Source: Octopus vulgaris (lineage: Eukaryota). Taken from it: a DNA stretch of 64,000 bases. Positions within the stretch are counted from its first letter, which is position 1. The number at the start of each line of letters is the position of its first letter. The DNA lies in assembly GCA_951406725.2 (NCBI GenBank), contig OX597828.1, positions 70,804,001 to 70,868,000 on the forward strand, written 5' to 3'. Of this stretch, positions 42,527-55,470 are shown one piece after another. Made by a program: the position numbers and the translations under genes. A model generated the notes under the pieces. The model saw only the letters and a program-made list of their open reading frames with translations. It was not told the origin of the DNA and did not search any database.

Positions 42527-42913
42527 ATGGAACATGTATATACGCATACATGTATAAATATTTACAGGTGTGCATTTGTCTTATATTATGCGTGTGTGTA
42601 TGTATGTATGCATGTATTTATTATCTCTGTGTGTATGCATGAATGTATGTATAGATTCATGTATGTATCTATGTATGTACGTATGTAGGGATGCATGTAT
42701 GTGGGTATGAATGTATGTATGTCTGAATAAATAAATATTCATAACTCTGCCTGCGTGTCCGTGTGCACGTCAATCTGTAGGGAGGACTGAATGCATGTCA
42801 GGGCGCATCTATATATATATTATGCATGCATATATTCTACATGTATGTGTAGATACATGTGTATATATCTATATAAGTATATATGTATGTATATACATAC
42901 ATATATACATATA

Positions 42914-42964
<51 letters not shown>

Positions 42965-43222
42965 GAATACGTATATACATATGCATATATTATGCCTATA
43001 TATATACACACACGGATACATACATATATATAATGCATATTTGCACACACACACACATTTATGTAGGTGTGTATTTGTATGTAAGTGGGTGTGTGTATGT
43101 GTGTGTGTGCGTATATTTGTTTGTGTGTGAGTGTGTTTGTGTGTGTGTGTGTGTGCGGGCGGGCGCGCGGTTGTAGGAGTTTTGGGGAAGTGATCAACTT
43201 CCTTCAGAATTTCTAAAGTCCG

Positions 43223-43288
43223 GTTACTATGGCAACTGCAATGGTGACATTTATGAGGTCAAGTTGCAATGACCTGGACATTTGACCT
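43223..43288. promoter_or_regulatory. Candidate intronic enhancer: RFX X-box plus three nuclear-receptor half-sites
   Basis: GTTACTATGGCAAC 43223-43236; AGGTCA 43256-43261; TGACCT 43270-43275 and 43283-43288. Confidence 0.45.
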
Positions 43289-43308
43289 CTCACCTTCCCA
43301 CCACTTCC

Positions 43309-43346
<38 letters not shown>

Positions 43347-43556
43347 CTCTCTCTCTTTCTCTCTCTCTCCCCTCTTGAAAACGCCCTAAATTTTACTCGT
43401 GTATTTACTTTCATTCCTCAAATGTCGGTGGGGCATGAACATCACATACTCTCACACTTTGCTCTCTCTTACCCCTTCCCCGTAGATATTAAGTCCGTAT
43501 GCCTATATAGAACAACACTTATAAAGTCTATCCTAGCTCGTCTTGTATCTTTACAT

Positions 43557-43700
43557 CAGTCATGGCCAAGCTGCGGCCCACGAGACGTTCAGAATGGCAC
43601 GTACTGAAAAATTACCTTTAATTTTCTGAGTAGTGTGGTCTGCCTGATGATGAGGCATCTCTTATGCGGTCCACGTCTCGACAAAGGTTATTCATGCATG
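43557..43700. mobile_element. hAT-type MITE, degenerate
   Basis: Termini CAGTCATGGCCAAGCTGCGGCCC ... GCGGTCC..AAAGGTTATTCATGCATG resemble Charlie-type CAG...CTG ends; 8-bp flanks only loosely similar. Confidence 0.5.
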
Positions 43701-44149
43701 GCTTAAATGCTCGCTCCTCCTGCAAGAAACAACGAAGAAACCTCCCTCAAATCCCTTAAAACCGCCTTAAAAATGAAAAGGACACGTTAATGTTGTGCTT
43801 GAGATTTTCGTGAGAAAAGAAAACGGAGTAGTGTACCATGTTAAAATAAAAGGACAACTGGAATGGAGCTTATCTGAAATAGAACAACAACGACGACGAT
43901 GATGACAACAACAACAAACAGGGGACTTCGGTGCGGTCGTCTGACTTTGTTAGAAATAGCAACCAAACTCTCTTGAAGTTACACCATACACTCTTCAAAT
44001 AGAAGGGGTACATTGAACCGTCTAGTCCTAAATACGCAACATGCGAGAGACGAGCAAAATGGTCGTCACTGAAATGCCTTATACGTCTGTTTTCAGCAAG
44101 GCCGACCTAAAACTAAACTACAGCAATAATAATGGCTTCTGATTAAATA

Positions 44150-45490
44150 AAAGGACAATAGTTTTGAGAAGAGGGAACGGGTCGATACCATTATTCGATT
44201 GGTCCTTTCTTTTTGCCAAGCACGAAAGGATGAAAGGCAAAGTAGATCCCGCTAGAATTCGAACACAGAAACCTCTAAGCCAGCTCACCGCCATTAATAA
44301 TGTTTCAAACTTTGGCACAAAGCCGGCAAATTTAGGGGGAAGGGGTTATTCGATGCCATCGTCCTCAGTACTTAAATGGTACTTTATTTTAGCGACCACA
44401 AAAGGATGAAAGGTAAAGTTGACCACAGCGAGATTTGAACTCAGAACGTAAATTCAGAAGAAATGCCGACAACCATTTTATTCAAATCTAAAACATTTCC
44501 TTCGACTCGAATAATTCTGTCAATCAAACAATAATAACACTCCTTTCTACTACAGGCACAAGGCCTGAAATCTTTTTTGGGGGGTCGGGGAGTAAGTCGA
44601 TTACATGAATCCCAGTACTCGACTGGTACTTAATTTATCGACCCCGAAAAGATGAAAGGCAAAGTCGATCTTGGCGAAATCTGAACTTAGAACGTGAAGA
44701 CGGACAAAATACGGCTAAGCATTTTGTCCGGTATGCTAACGATTCCGCCAAGTTCGCTGCCTTGCAACAAAAATACTATTTTTTTTTTTTTGTACTTCAA
44801 GCAGGAGGACAGCAACTTTTGAGGGAGAGGATGAGTCGAAACAACTGACCCTAGTTAATGACTGGTACTTGATTTTATCAACAGAGAAAGGATATAAAGC
44901 AAGGTTGGCTTTGGCTCGGTACAAAAACTAAAAGAGCCGGAACAAATGCAGCAGGTCATGTTGTCCGGCGTGCTAACAATTCTGCCAAGCCACCAACCTG
45001 ACAACGATAATAATAATCCTTTCTACTATGGGCACAAGGCCTGAAATTTTGTGGTGGGGAGGGTAATTTGAACTCCGAACGTAAGGACGGACGAAATGCC
45101 GCTAAGTATTCTGCCCGGCGCGGTAACGATTCTGCCAGCTCGCCGCTTTAACAATAATGGTTTCAAATTTTGGCACAAGGCCAGCAATTTCGGGGTTGGA
45201 GTTTAATCGATTACACTGACCCCAGTACTCAACTGGTACTTATTTTATAGACCCTGAAAGGACGAAAAGTAAAGACCACCTCGGTGGAATTTGAACTCCA
45301 AACGTAGCGACGTACGAAATTCCGCCAAGCAAGGACCCCAGTACTTGATTGGTATTTTATTTCAACGACCCCGAAAAGATGAAAGGTCAAGTTGATTTCG
45401 ACAGGATTTGAACTCAGAATATAAAGAACTGAAATATATAGCGCAAAGCATTTTTTCAGATGCTCTACCGATTCTGTCAGCTCTCACTTT
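44150..45490 (-). mobile_element. Cluster of about seven head-to-tail family A SINE copies
   Basis: Repeated GGCACAAGGCC...CCCAGTACT..CTGGTACTT..GAAAGGATGAAAGG..GAATTTGAACTCAGAACGT modules, all on the same strand. Confidence 0.85.
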
Positions 45491-45829
45491 AAACAACAAC
45501 ACTGTCTCGTTGTACCACCCCATGGTACCTATTTATATCAAGATAAACTGTACATCTATATAATCTGTAGTCACCTGACAGCAACATTTTTCTTCCTCTT
45601 CATTGTATCCATTTCGAGCTGTACTCGTCGTTCATCTTCCCCTCCTGGGACGGTTCCAATAGCATAATAGTTATTCTACTACTTATATAGTATATGGCAG
45701 CTCTAGCGTCTTATCCCAGAGGAGTGAGTAGAATTGTATTCACCTCCAGTAAAGAAGAATTAAAGAAAAAACTTTGTGTAATTAACCACTTCGTGTAATT
45801 AACAATTACTTCAATTACTTGAAGAGATA

Positions 45830-46025
45830 GCCTCTACAAGGCCGATCGATCAGCTTGAAATAGCAGCCAACTCTTCCTCAGATCACATTTTTGCGTCTTA
45901 GAGAAACACACTTCAGATAACGTGGTTTGGGTTTCAAGTACATAGAGAAAACACGAGATGGTCACAGCTAGAACACTTTTGATCTGCTCGATCGGGGTTG
46001 GCCCGGGGTTAAACAACAGCCACAA
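45830..46025 (-). mobile_element. Unclassified ~200-bp interspersed repeat (family D)
   Basis: Shared GTTTAGCCCC.GGTCAG.CCTGAT..CCAGCC.TGACC...GATTTGGCTGCTATTTC pattern also at ~7858-8050, 11598-11790, 20555-20700, 38850-39020, 43930-44120, 55960-56220. Confidence 0.65.
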
Positions 46026-46144
46026 CAAAACTTCGTTAATTTGTCATGTTTAATGAAAGCTGTTTTAGGAACGCGGGGAACTTCACGGGAATTTGAACCT
46101 CTGTGTTGTTTCTGAGAGTTCCTGTAGATTCTTCATTTATACTC

Positions 46145-46256
46145 CCACCAGGTGTCGCCAAACTTCATTAGCAAAGCCACCAGATGTCGCCCTATAAACA
46201 GCATAATGCCGCAAGGTGTCGCCCTAAAGACAGCCAAATGCCATCGGGTGTCAGCC
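46145..46256 (+). promoter_or_regulatory. Four-unit 32-bp-period array of CTCF-like motifs
   Basis: CCACCAGGTGTCGCC (46145), CCACCAGATGTCGCC (46177), CCGCAAGGTGTCGCC (46209), CCATCGGGTGTCAGC (46241). Confidence 0.5.
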
Positions 46257-46747
46257 TTGATATGAAGAAAACCTCTGCTGTCGCCATCCTTCATAATTGT
46301 GATGCACCCTGTACGTGGGTGGTGTCAGACACTTAAGAATTACTGCACACTGCTTAATATCAAAGATCAGATATGGATGGGATGAGAAGAGGAAGGTGAG
46401 GTTCCGATTCACAAATAAAGATTGTGATGTGTGTGTGTGTAATACATACACACAGACATATATATGCATATACTTAAATATGTATACACACACACACACT
46501 CACATTTATATAAACATGCATATGCGTATATAAGTATGCATATATTTATTTATATATATACATGCACGTAGATATGTTATTTTAGAAAAAAACATAAGGT
46601 ATACATGCCTGTGGAGAGCATGGTGTCAGCATGTGAGTGTGTGTGTGTGTATATATGTATATATAATAAATATATATATACATACATACATGCATACATA
46701 CATATAGATATACACACATGCATGCACACACACACCACACATATAAA

Positions 46748-46833
<86 letters not shown>

Positions 46834-47263
46834 ATGTACTTTAGATGTGTGTTTGTATAGGCGCGCGCGCGCGCGCGTGTGTGTAGGCATAATCGTGGCC
46901 GTGTGTTTAAGAGGGTTCGTCACACTGCTATGAAGTTTACAAGTTCTAACCGGGAGCGCAAAACCTTTGACATGCGTCTCCCACAAAAGCCATGTTGAGC
47001 AAATTCCTTTGAGTGAAATTGGTTGGACGGAAACCCTGTGGAAGCCAAAATCTTGGTTATTGGAGTCAACCCGTCATTCGGCTTAACACCACCACCATGG
47101 GTGCCTTTAGCGGGGAGTTCAGTCTATTGCAAACATCCGGATCAGGCTCCAATCTGGTGATGACGTCACCCTTTTCTCCCAACCGCTTAAGCATAAAGAC
47201 GTTGTTATCCTTCCATTTACTACGTCATTTATGTGTGTTTGTATATACACACACACACAGATA

Positions 47264-47327
<64 letters not shown>

Positions 47328-47337
47328 CATACATATA

Positions 47338-47745
47338 TAGGCGCAGGAGTGGTTGTGTGGTAAGTAGCTTGCTCACCAACCACATGATTCGGGTTCTGTC
47401 CCACTGCGTGGAATCTTGAGCAAGTGTCTTCTACTATAGCCTCGAGCCGGCAAAAGTCTTCTGAGTAGATTTGGTGGACGGAAACTGAAAGAAGCCCGTC
47501 GTATATGTATATATATATGTGTGTGTGTACGTATATGTTTGCGTGTCTGTGTTTGTCCCCACCAACATCACCTGACAACCGATGCTGGTGTGTTTACATC
47601 CTCATAACTTGACGGTTCGGCAAAATAGAACCGATAGAATGAGTACTAGGCTTACAAAGAATAAGTCCCGGGGTCGATTTGCTCGACTAAAGGCCGTGCT
47701 CCAGCATGGCCGCAGTCAAATGACTGAAACAAATAAAAAATAAAT
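47338..47745 (+). mobile_element. Full-length tRNA-derived SINE (family B, CORE-like) with internal (TA)/(TG) microsatellite
   Basis: GGCGCAGGAGTGGTTGTGTGGTAAG (A box), GGGTTCTGTCCC (B box), CTTGAGCAAGTGTCTT, GGAAACTGAAAGAAGCCCGTCG, internal microsatellite, 3' GCTCCAGCATGGCCGCAGTCAAATGACTGAAACAA. Confidence 0.9.
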
Positions 47746-47838
47746 ATATATATATATAAAAGAATATAGTAAAGAAACAAGAATAAACGCCTCGAAACAT
47801 ATCTACATGACGCGTTTCAAAAGCATGGTTATTTATTT

Positions 47839-48062
47839 AACAATGCGTAATACATTATATATTACGTAAGTATCCATTATTGCGTAACCATACCATTTCA
47901 TCAGGAGATATTCAACCTTCAATCGATGAAGTACAATTAATGTTTATGTAGATTGATTGATAGTATTTCGCCAATTGAGGGTTGAATATCACATGATGAA
48001 ACGGCGCGGCTATGCAATAATGGGTACTTACGTAATATTATGTCATATATTACGCCTTGTTA
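47839..48062. mobile_element. Palindromic (foldback) MITE-like element
   Basis: ~95-bp imperfect arms (ATATTACGTAAGTATCCATTATTGCGTAACC..TTTCATCAGGAGATATTCAACC / GGTTGAATATCACATGATGAAA..GGCTATGCAATAATGGGTACTTACGTAATAT) around a short AT-rich loop. Confidence 0.7.
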
Positions 48063-49813
48063 TAAAAGAATGGAAGAGAAGGAGGAGGGTATCTTCACAT
48101 TAAAGACATGGCCTGATTGCTTGCAACACAATGGCTTCGGCTAAAGGTACCTCAGGTGACAGGTGGTAGTGTTAAACTGGGTGACGAATTAATTCAACCG
48201 TCTAAGTAGGCTGTAGAGGGAGCGGTTTGAATTCAGAATGCAAAGAGCTGAAACAAAAACTGCATGACACTCGGTCCGACGTTTATGCAGTTTCGTCAAA
48301 CTACCATCTTGGATAAATACATTTTTATTTATCGACCCTGAAAGGATGAAAGTCAAAGTTAACTTCTGCAGGATTTGAACCAGGAGTACCAAGTACCGAA
48401 ACAACTACCACAAGGCGATCTATCCGACGCTCTTTCATTTCGTTACCTTAGGAAGTTTCAGAGTTTGTGTAAATGTTGTCCCTTCGTCTGAAAGAGAGAA
48501 ACAGTTGCAGAAAGGCCACCCCTATTGCGTCTGATTTCTGACCCCCAAATAAGGATTGATTGCAAATTTACAACCTTCACCGTTTTATTGTTATCGATCA
48601 ATCGAAAGAGTCATCGTTACAGCGTCGAATACCTTCCGCTATTTATTCCGACTTTCGGCAGTCTGAGATGAAATGGCGCAAAGGTTAACTTTGCCTTTCA
48701 TCTTTTTCGGGGTCAATAAAAGCAATAACAATCCAAGGTAACAGTTTCAGGGTCAGGCAAGATACCTTGTGGTATTGGCTCCGGTCCTTTGCATTCTTAC
48801 AACAACCCTTGTGGCATCACTTCTGCCAAGCTTTATCGGCTCAAGTAGGCACCCTTTTCCTGAAAAAAATGAAAAGAAAAAATTTTGCCCGGGCGAGGGC
48901 ATAGATGCACTGACACACAATCAGCCTTGATCGACGGAGACCCTAGAGTCCAGTTTTCACGAACTCAAGAGTTTATATACATATGTATGTATGTGTGTAT
49001 GTATGTATGTATGTATGTATGTATGTAGGTACGTATGTATGTATGTATGCATGCATGCATGCATGTATGTATGTATGTATGTATGTATGTATGTATGTAT
49101 GTATATATGTATGTTAGAGTATATTGCGTTGTTTCAATCTTTGTCTTTAGTTTGCAAAGTGGTAAACGGTGGAGAAACAAAGAATTCCGAACCACCTGGG
49201 ATAGGACGACAGACTTAGATAACTTTCCACGCTTCTGGAATTGAAACCTCTAATGTGAGCCAACGAAACGCTCGGCACATTTACAGTGCTCCTACTGTTG
49301 CTACTGATAGCAATAATGAATTGTTCGTAATAGAAAGCATCCCTTACACGGCTGAGCGGTCTGAGCCGTAGAATTATGTGTATGCCTGCCCGTTGACATA
49401 ACGTTATACCGCTGATTGCATACGTGATCCATGCGTGCATTTCAGATTTCAGCCCGTCACCCTGTTTTCTTGGTCATCCGTTCTCTACATTCAAGGGATA
49501 AGAAAATGAATGCGGTGCAAGCAATCTACTAATTTAGATTTTAAATATGTCAGTTTTTCTTCGCCAACCAGTCAATATTTTTGTATGTTGACTTAATGAT
49601 TTCTCTGTCACTACTTCGGAATGTACGGTGAAGTCTATGCTTCGCTGATCTGACATAAAAACACCGAAATACGCCATGAGGTGTCTTCCGTACTTTCCGA
49701 AAAGAACAATATACAATAAGTTTCAAAAACAGAACAAGGAGTGTAAAGAAATGTATACTGTAAAGAAGAAACAAGAGTACAGGGGAATAAATGTAAGGAA
49801 GAAATAATGGCGA

Positions 49814-49848
49814 TTTCGACGTTTCGGACTGTGGTCGTTCGTCAAGAG
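49814..49848 (-). ncRNA. Degenerate minimal hammerhead motif
   Basis: CTC-TTGACGA-A-CGAC.CACA.GTCC-GAAAC-GTC|GAA; C3U change and mismatches in stems I and II. Confidence 0.45.
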
Positions 49849-51546
49849 GCAGAAAAGTAAAAGGAAAGAAGTAAGAAAAGTCGAATGTTCCGCTACCTTT
49901 CTACAGTAAATATCGCACGTAGAAGAAATGTCTAAGTTTTCCTCGGAACAATTCTTTCTGGTTAGCTTTTAGTTGGTTACTGTTTTAATAAACATTGTTG
50001 TTGATTAGCGTCAGTAAAAATTATACAAGGGAGGAGACAAGTCAATTACACTGACCCTAGTACATGACTGGTACTTTATTTTATCGACTTCAAAAAGTTG
50101 AAATGTAAAGCTGACCACGGCGGAATCTGAACACGAAACGTAATGAACCGGAAGAAATGCCGCTAAGCCTGTTCGTTCGATGCGCCAACGACTCTAACGG
50201 CTCACCGCCTTTAACACTGACTTAACTATTGTTTGTTTTAAGGGTCAAGATTTAGCTTCCATATTTGAGGGATATCTTTCCGGTCTCCATTTGAGGGCCG
50301 ACTTTCTAGTTCCCATTTAAAAACCAAAATGTCTGGTATCCATTAAGAAATGAGGTTCTGTTTTCCATTCACAGGCTTCCACACAGTTTCCATCTACCAA
50401 ATCCACTCCCAAGGAATTGGTCGACGCGAAGCTACAGTACAAGACATTTGCCCAACGTGTCACGCTCAGTGGGATCGAACCTGAAAGCATGCGGTTGCTA
50501 AGCGACTTCATTAACCACGCAGCCATGCCATACCTATATAACTAATCTACTAGTGTTTTCAGTCATTAGAATGTGGCCATGCTGGGGCCCCACCTTGAAG
50601 AATTTTTAATCGACCCCAGTACTCCTTTTTGCTTCAAGCTTGGAACCTATTTTGACGAACCGCTAAATTAAACATACCAACACCGGTGGTCATGCGACAA
50701 TGGGAAGACAGAGACACAAACATACACGCACCCACGCGAATCCACACACGTATATACACACACATACATACATGTATACTACGTGCGTACGTATGTACAT
50801 ACATATATATATACACATATTTAAAGGCGGTGCTCCAGCATGGCCGCAGTCAAATGACTGAAACAAGTAAAAGAGTAAAAGAGTAAAAGAGTAAAAGAGT
50901 ATACACACATGCATACGCACATTCATATATACATACACGCACACATACATACATATACGCACACATAATACATATATACAATATGATACATACATACTAT
51001 ACCATACATACACACATACTTACAGGCTTCTTTCAGTTTCCATCTACCAAATCCAGTCACCAGACTTTCGTTGGCCCGAAGCTATAACAGAAGACATTTA
51101 CCTAAGGCGCCACGCAGTGGGATTGAACCCGGAACTCAGCGGTTCAACAGCAAGCCACGTCTGCGCCGAGTGTATATAACTTATTTGTATAAACACTTTA
51201 ATTGTACATGTAATGTATAAGTGTATCTAATATTTTGGAAAACATCCATTTGGCTGTGCGGGACTCCCATCCACCCATCCACCCATCCTTCCACGCCACT
51301 CACCCTGGTTTCTGCCGCTGTCTTTGATTCTGCAGATGTTAAAGCTGGGATCGGTTTCAGTCTGGCGGGTGTGGCGGGAGAGAAGCTGCCTACACACTGG
51401 TACCACCCCTCCTTCTCCTCACTAATTTACATAATTTATTAATGCTTAAAATTATATGTGATATAGATGTGTGCATAATGTTTAGAGTTTACTGTATCAA
51501 GTATGCTAACCCCGATGTGTCTGTATATATATATATATATGTGTGT

Positions 51547-51591
<45 letters not shown>

Positions 51592-51793
51592 CGTGTATAC
51601 TATTTACGTGTAATAATATATTTATCTGTATAATTTATTAGTATATATAATTGATATGTTTATATAATTTAGCTGTGTGTATATTTTAGTTGTATATATA
51701 ATTCTCTTCTGGATGCGACTTAGTTACACACATACATACACACACACACTCACACATACAGACGCACACACAAATACGTACACATGTATATGC

Positions 51794-51832
<39 letters not shown>

Positions 51833-52502
51833 TGGCGGAGCCTACAGAAAACTTTAGGAATGTAAGCTAGACCCACCCCCGAACTGGACGCCAGTTACTA
51901 TTATCAAAAGCACTACACGGCCCTCATAGATTTCGGAAAATTAGTACCCAATGATAAAGTATCGTAGTGTGCAAGGGCCTACAGTTTTTCAATCCTTTAC
52001 CCTAAAATTTAAGCAACCTTCAAGGTACTGATATGCTTATTTCAAAAAACGGACAAATGTCTCTTCATCTGGGTTCCCAGACTAACTTATGTAGCGGCAA
52101 GGAACACAAATCAGGGCAACGATATCCGACTCCCTCATTTCACGAAAAACTAGATAGGCTGTCGAAATACAATGAAATGATATTAATGGCGATGTCCCAG
52201 CATGGCTCCTGCCAATGGCTGTTGCGAGGGAAAAAAGTATACATATACATATATATATTTGAGTAGTTGAATGAATTATCTTATTATGGATAATTCGAAT
52301 TAACCGATACCTGGGTAGCAAATTCACATCAGTTCCTTGCTTTTCCTGATGAGAAAGCGGCATAATGTACTCCTCCTTCCTTCGCAATTAGGAATATGCA
52401 GCCTTCGAAACATATGTCGAAAATAGAGGAATTTTGTTAATTCGTCGTTCAGCTCCATTCTTTCATATATTTATATTTTTAAATATATATATATATATAT
52501 AT

Positions 52503-52715
52503 ACCGGAATAAGCACATAAATGTGAAACAAGGTGGAAAAAAGAGTACTCAAATACCAGAGGTAGAGTAATACGCTTTATTTAAAAGCAGCAGAAATTTA
52601 ACAAAAGATGTTACTCGGAGTTTCACGTTCCCGTTCATCGGACAGTTTTGACGAACGGGAACGTGAAACTCCGAGTAACAGCTTTTGTTAAATTTCTGCT
52701 GCTTTTAAATAAAGT
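52503..52715. mobile_element. Penelope-like inverted pseudo-LTR element flanked by (TA)n, with two hammerhead-like motifs
   Basis: ~65-bp near-perfect arms 52574-52639 / 52649-52715. Minus copy TGT-CCGATGA-ACG.GGAA.CGT-GAAA-CTCCGAG-TA|ACA (52609-52644); plus copy TTGACGA-ACG.GGAA.CGT-GAAA-CTCCGAG-TA|ACAG (52648-52681). Confidence 0.7.
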
Positions 52716-53957
52716 ATATATATATATATATCGTGAAGGCGCCGAGCTTACGATCATGAGGTTGTGAGCTCGAATCCCGGACCGGGCTGCGTGTTGTGTT
52801 CTTGAGCAAGACACTTTTATTTCACGTTGCTCCAGTTAACTCAGCTGTAGAAATGAGCTGCGATGTCACTGGTGCCAAGCTGTATCCGCCTTTGCCTCTC
52901 CAGTGGCGTGGAGAGGGGAGGCTGGTGTGCATGGGCGACTGCTGGCCTTCCACAAACAATGTTACCCGGACTTGTGCCTCGGAGGGTAACTTTCTAGGTT
53001 ATGACCGAATGTAGTCTCCGCCTCCTCCTCCTCCTATATATACATGTATGTACATACATATATATATCAACGAGACCTGATGCGAGTTATCTCGCTTGTC
53101 TATGACTTCCAGGTGTTTTAACACCAGGCGTATTGACGAGAAAATATTCTCCAGCCTGTCTACGAACAGGCAAATCATATGCCTTGTGTTTGTGTGTTCG
53201 ATATTGTGTGTATAAATATGTATGTACATATATGTATATGTAGTAAATATTTGTGGTATATATATTTATATTTATATATATACCACATATATATACTACA
53301 TATACATATATGTACATACATATTTATACACACACAATATATATATATATATATATTTCATATATATACATATATAAAATACTCGTACAAGCCTTACCAG
53401 ACAACATTCGCAAATGCTCCGTGGAAATACACGAAAAACAAAAATAAAATCTCGTACAAAAAATAGACAGTATAGTTGTCGGCCCTCTTTCTAGTGCTAT
53501 AGGTCCATACAAAGTATATTTATAAATATAGACTTGACACACAGAAAAATAAAATTTGTAAATATTGCAAAAAAATCTTAAAAATCTGCTCTACAACACT
53601 AACGGCATTAAAAACACTTTTATAGAACTAAAAGATTTTATCATCATACACGACATTTGCATAACTATAATTCAGGAAAAATCCTTGCTCCTCAAACAGT
53701 AGAACCCACAATATCCCAAATTATACACAAATCAGATCAGACAGATCCTTTATCAACGGGGTGGTCTTATAACACATAAAATACCGCATTGAATATATAT
53801 GTGTATCACAGATGACATTCGTGAGTTAATAGAAAACGACACAATGCGAGAAATGCAGGCTTTCAAAATAAAAACTAACAATACAAAGTACTTTAATATA
53901 CTAAACATGTGTGTATGAATGTACGTGTAACATAAAATGCATACATACATACATACA

Positions 53958-54003
<46 letters not shown>

Positions 54004-54164
54004 CACCTATCGCCAATGACCTTATGAAAACCACAGAAAATCTCCAACACAACGCCCCAAAACTACACACAACAGAAATCAAACTCAACATCAAACAACT
54101 ATACAAAATATATAAGAAAACAAAAATAAACCAAAACAACCCAAAACGGAAACATTTATATCCA

Positions 54165-54295
54165 ACATAAACCGCAAAGAAGGCTGGAGGGTATATCAGC
54201 CGAAACGTTATGTTAACAAGATGAGGACAAATATCCGTCGAATGTAAATAATGTAAATAATGTACATAATTCCTCATCTCTTAAATCTAGAACTG
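54165..54295 (+). mobile_element. pLTR-like end with decayed hammerhead
   Basis: GA-A-GGCTG.gagggtatat.CAGCC-GAAAC-GTT: stem II and the 3' core are intact, the CUGA box is lost. Confidence 0.4.
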
Positions 54296-55074
54296 TATAA
54301 ACCGCAAAACCAACAATGAAGAAATTGAGAGCGGGATTGACAACAACAACCACATCAGTAATATTGGTATGAAATTTTGGCTCAAGGCCAGCAATTTGGG
54401 GTGGGATTTAAGTCGATTACACCGACACCAGTACATGACTAGTACTTATGTTATCGACCCCGAGAGAATGAAAAGCAAAGTCAGATTGTAAAGAGGACGA
54501 AATACGCTGAGGGTTTTGCCGGCTCACCGCCTTAACAACGTCTTTTATATATGGTGTATTATGTTACAATAACAACTTCAAGTGACACACACACATTGTA
54601 ACACCGAGGAAACGACCCTGACAGATATTTCTCGAAAAGCAGATACATCCTTACTCTAACACTACGCTAAAAAGTCAGGAAGGTAAAGGTTGGAACACGG
54701 CTGCTGCCTTTCCAATTCTGTAACATATCCAGTTCCACATCGCCAGTGTTGCTTACAACCCTCATCTCATCATTTTCAAATTACAAAACGGAATCAGACC
54801 ACTACATCCCATTCGCCCACAGCACTACTTATAAACCTAACATTCAAAAAAATAAATGATGGCTTCATCGTCAAAAACACTTCCCCATCTATCAACGTAA
54901 CTGCAGAGCCAAGCTTTGAACCCTGTTCCTCGCTATCCACTTATATAAAACATACATACGAAATACCATAAAACGCTGCTTAACAAACTACTTGTGAAAC
55001 CGCCATGTTTATGTAGCGCAAATGACCAACATTATGGGGACTGGAAATTTTTCGAATGGAATACCACAAGGTTC

Positions 55075-55470
55075 TACTCAACCACTCGCAGTATTCGTAC
55101 AGTTCCCAGTAAAGCCGTTCTTTTTTCGTTTTTTTTTTTTTTTTCGCAATACACAAAGATTGTGGGGGTATTTCTCAAGTGTCCAGATGTTTATTTAGAT
55201 TGAGTGATATGGAACCTAATACAACGGTGACAACAGGAAGAAACTTTGACTCTCGCAGCTGTCACATCTTGGCGATCTCAATTTTCAGCTCTCCATAACT
55301 GTCGACCTTTTTCTCTTTGTTTCATGAGAATATGTTGTTCTCCTGGCACTGCCAGGTCAATTATTAGGCGCTCCTGCTTGTCCCTCTTAAAGACTACCAT
55401 AACCGGCTTTCGGTGTTCTAAATATCTTGATCTGTTTGGATTATTGTCTTCCCGTTTTCGTCCATTTCCT
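55075..55470 (-). mobile_element. R4/Dong-type non-LTR retrotransposon 3' fragment (restriction-like endonuclease domain), degenerate
   Basis: Minus-strand translation across frameshifts: QTD..LEHRKPVMVVFKRDKQERLIIDLAVPGEQHILMKQREK/VDSYGELKIEIAKM*...LPVVTVVLGS...TALLGTVRILR. This matches the RLE C-terminal pattern HRRPDIVV..IIDIAVP..EKxxKY..LLGTARILR. Confidence 0.85.

Noticed and set aside
46145-46256. CRISPR array interpretation
   Set aside because: Eukaryotic context, 15-bp variable repeats, related 17-bp linkers, no cas genes.
49170-49460. Possible GIY-YIG relic near the 49814 hammerhead
   Set aside because: Only vague similarity (ITYAIS..CQ..RPLS); key motif residues not recoverable by eye.
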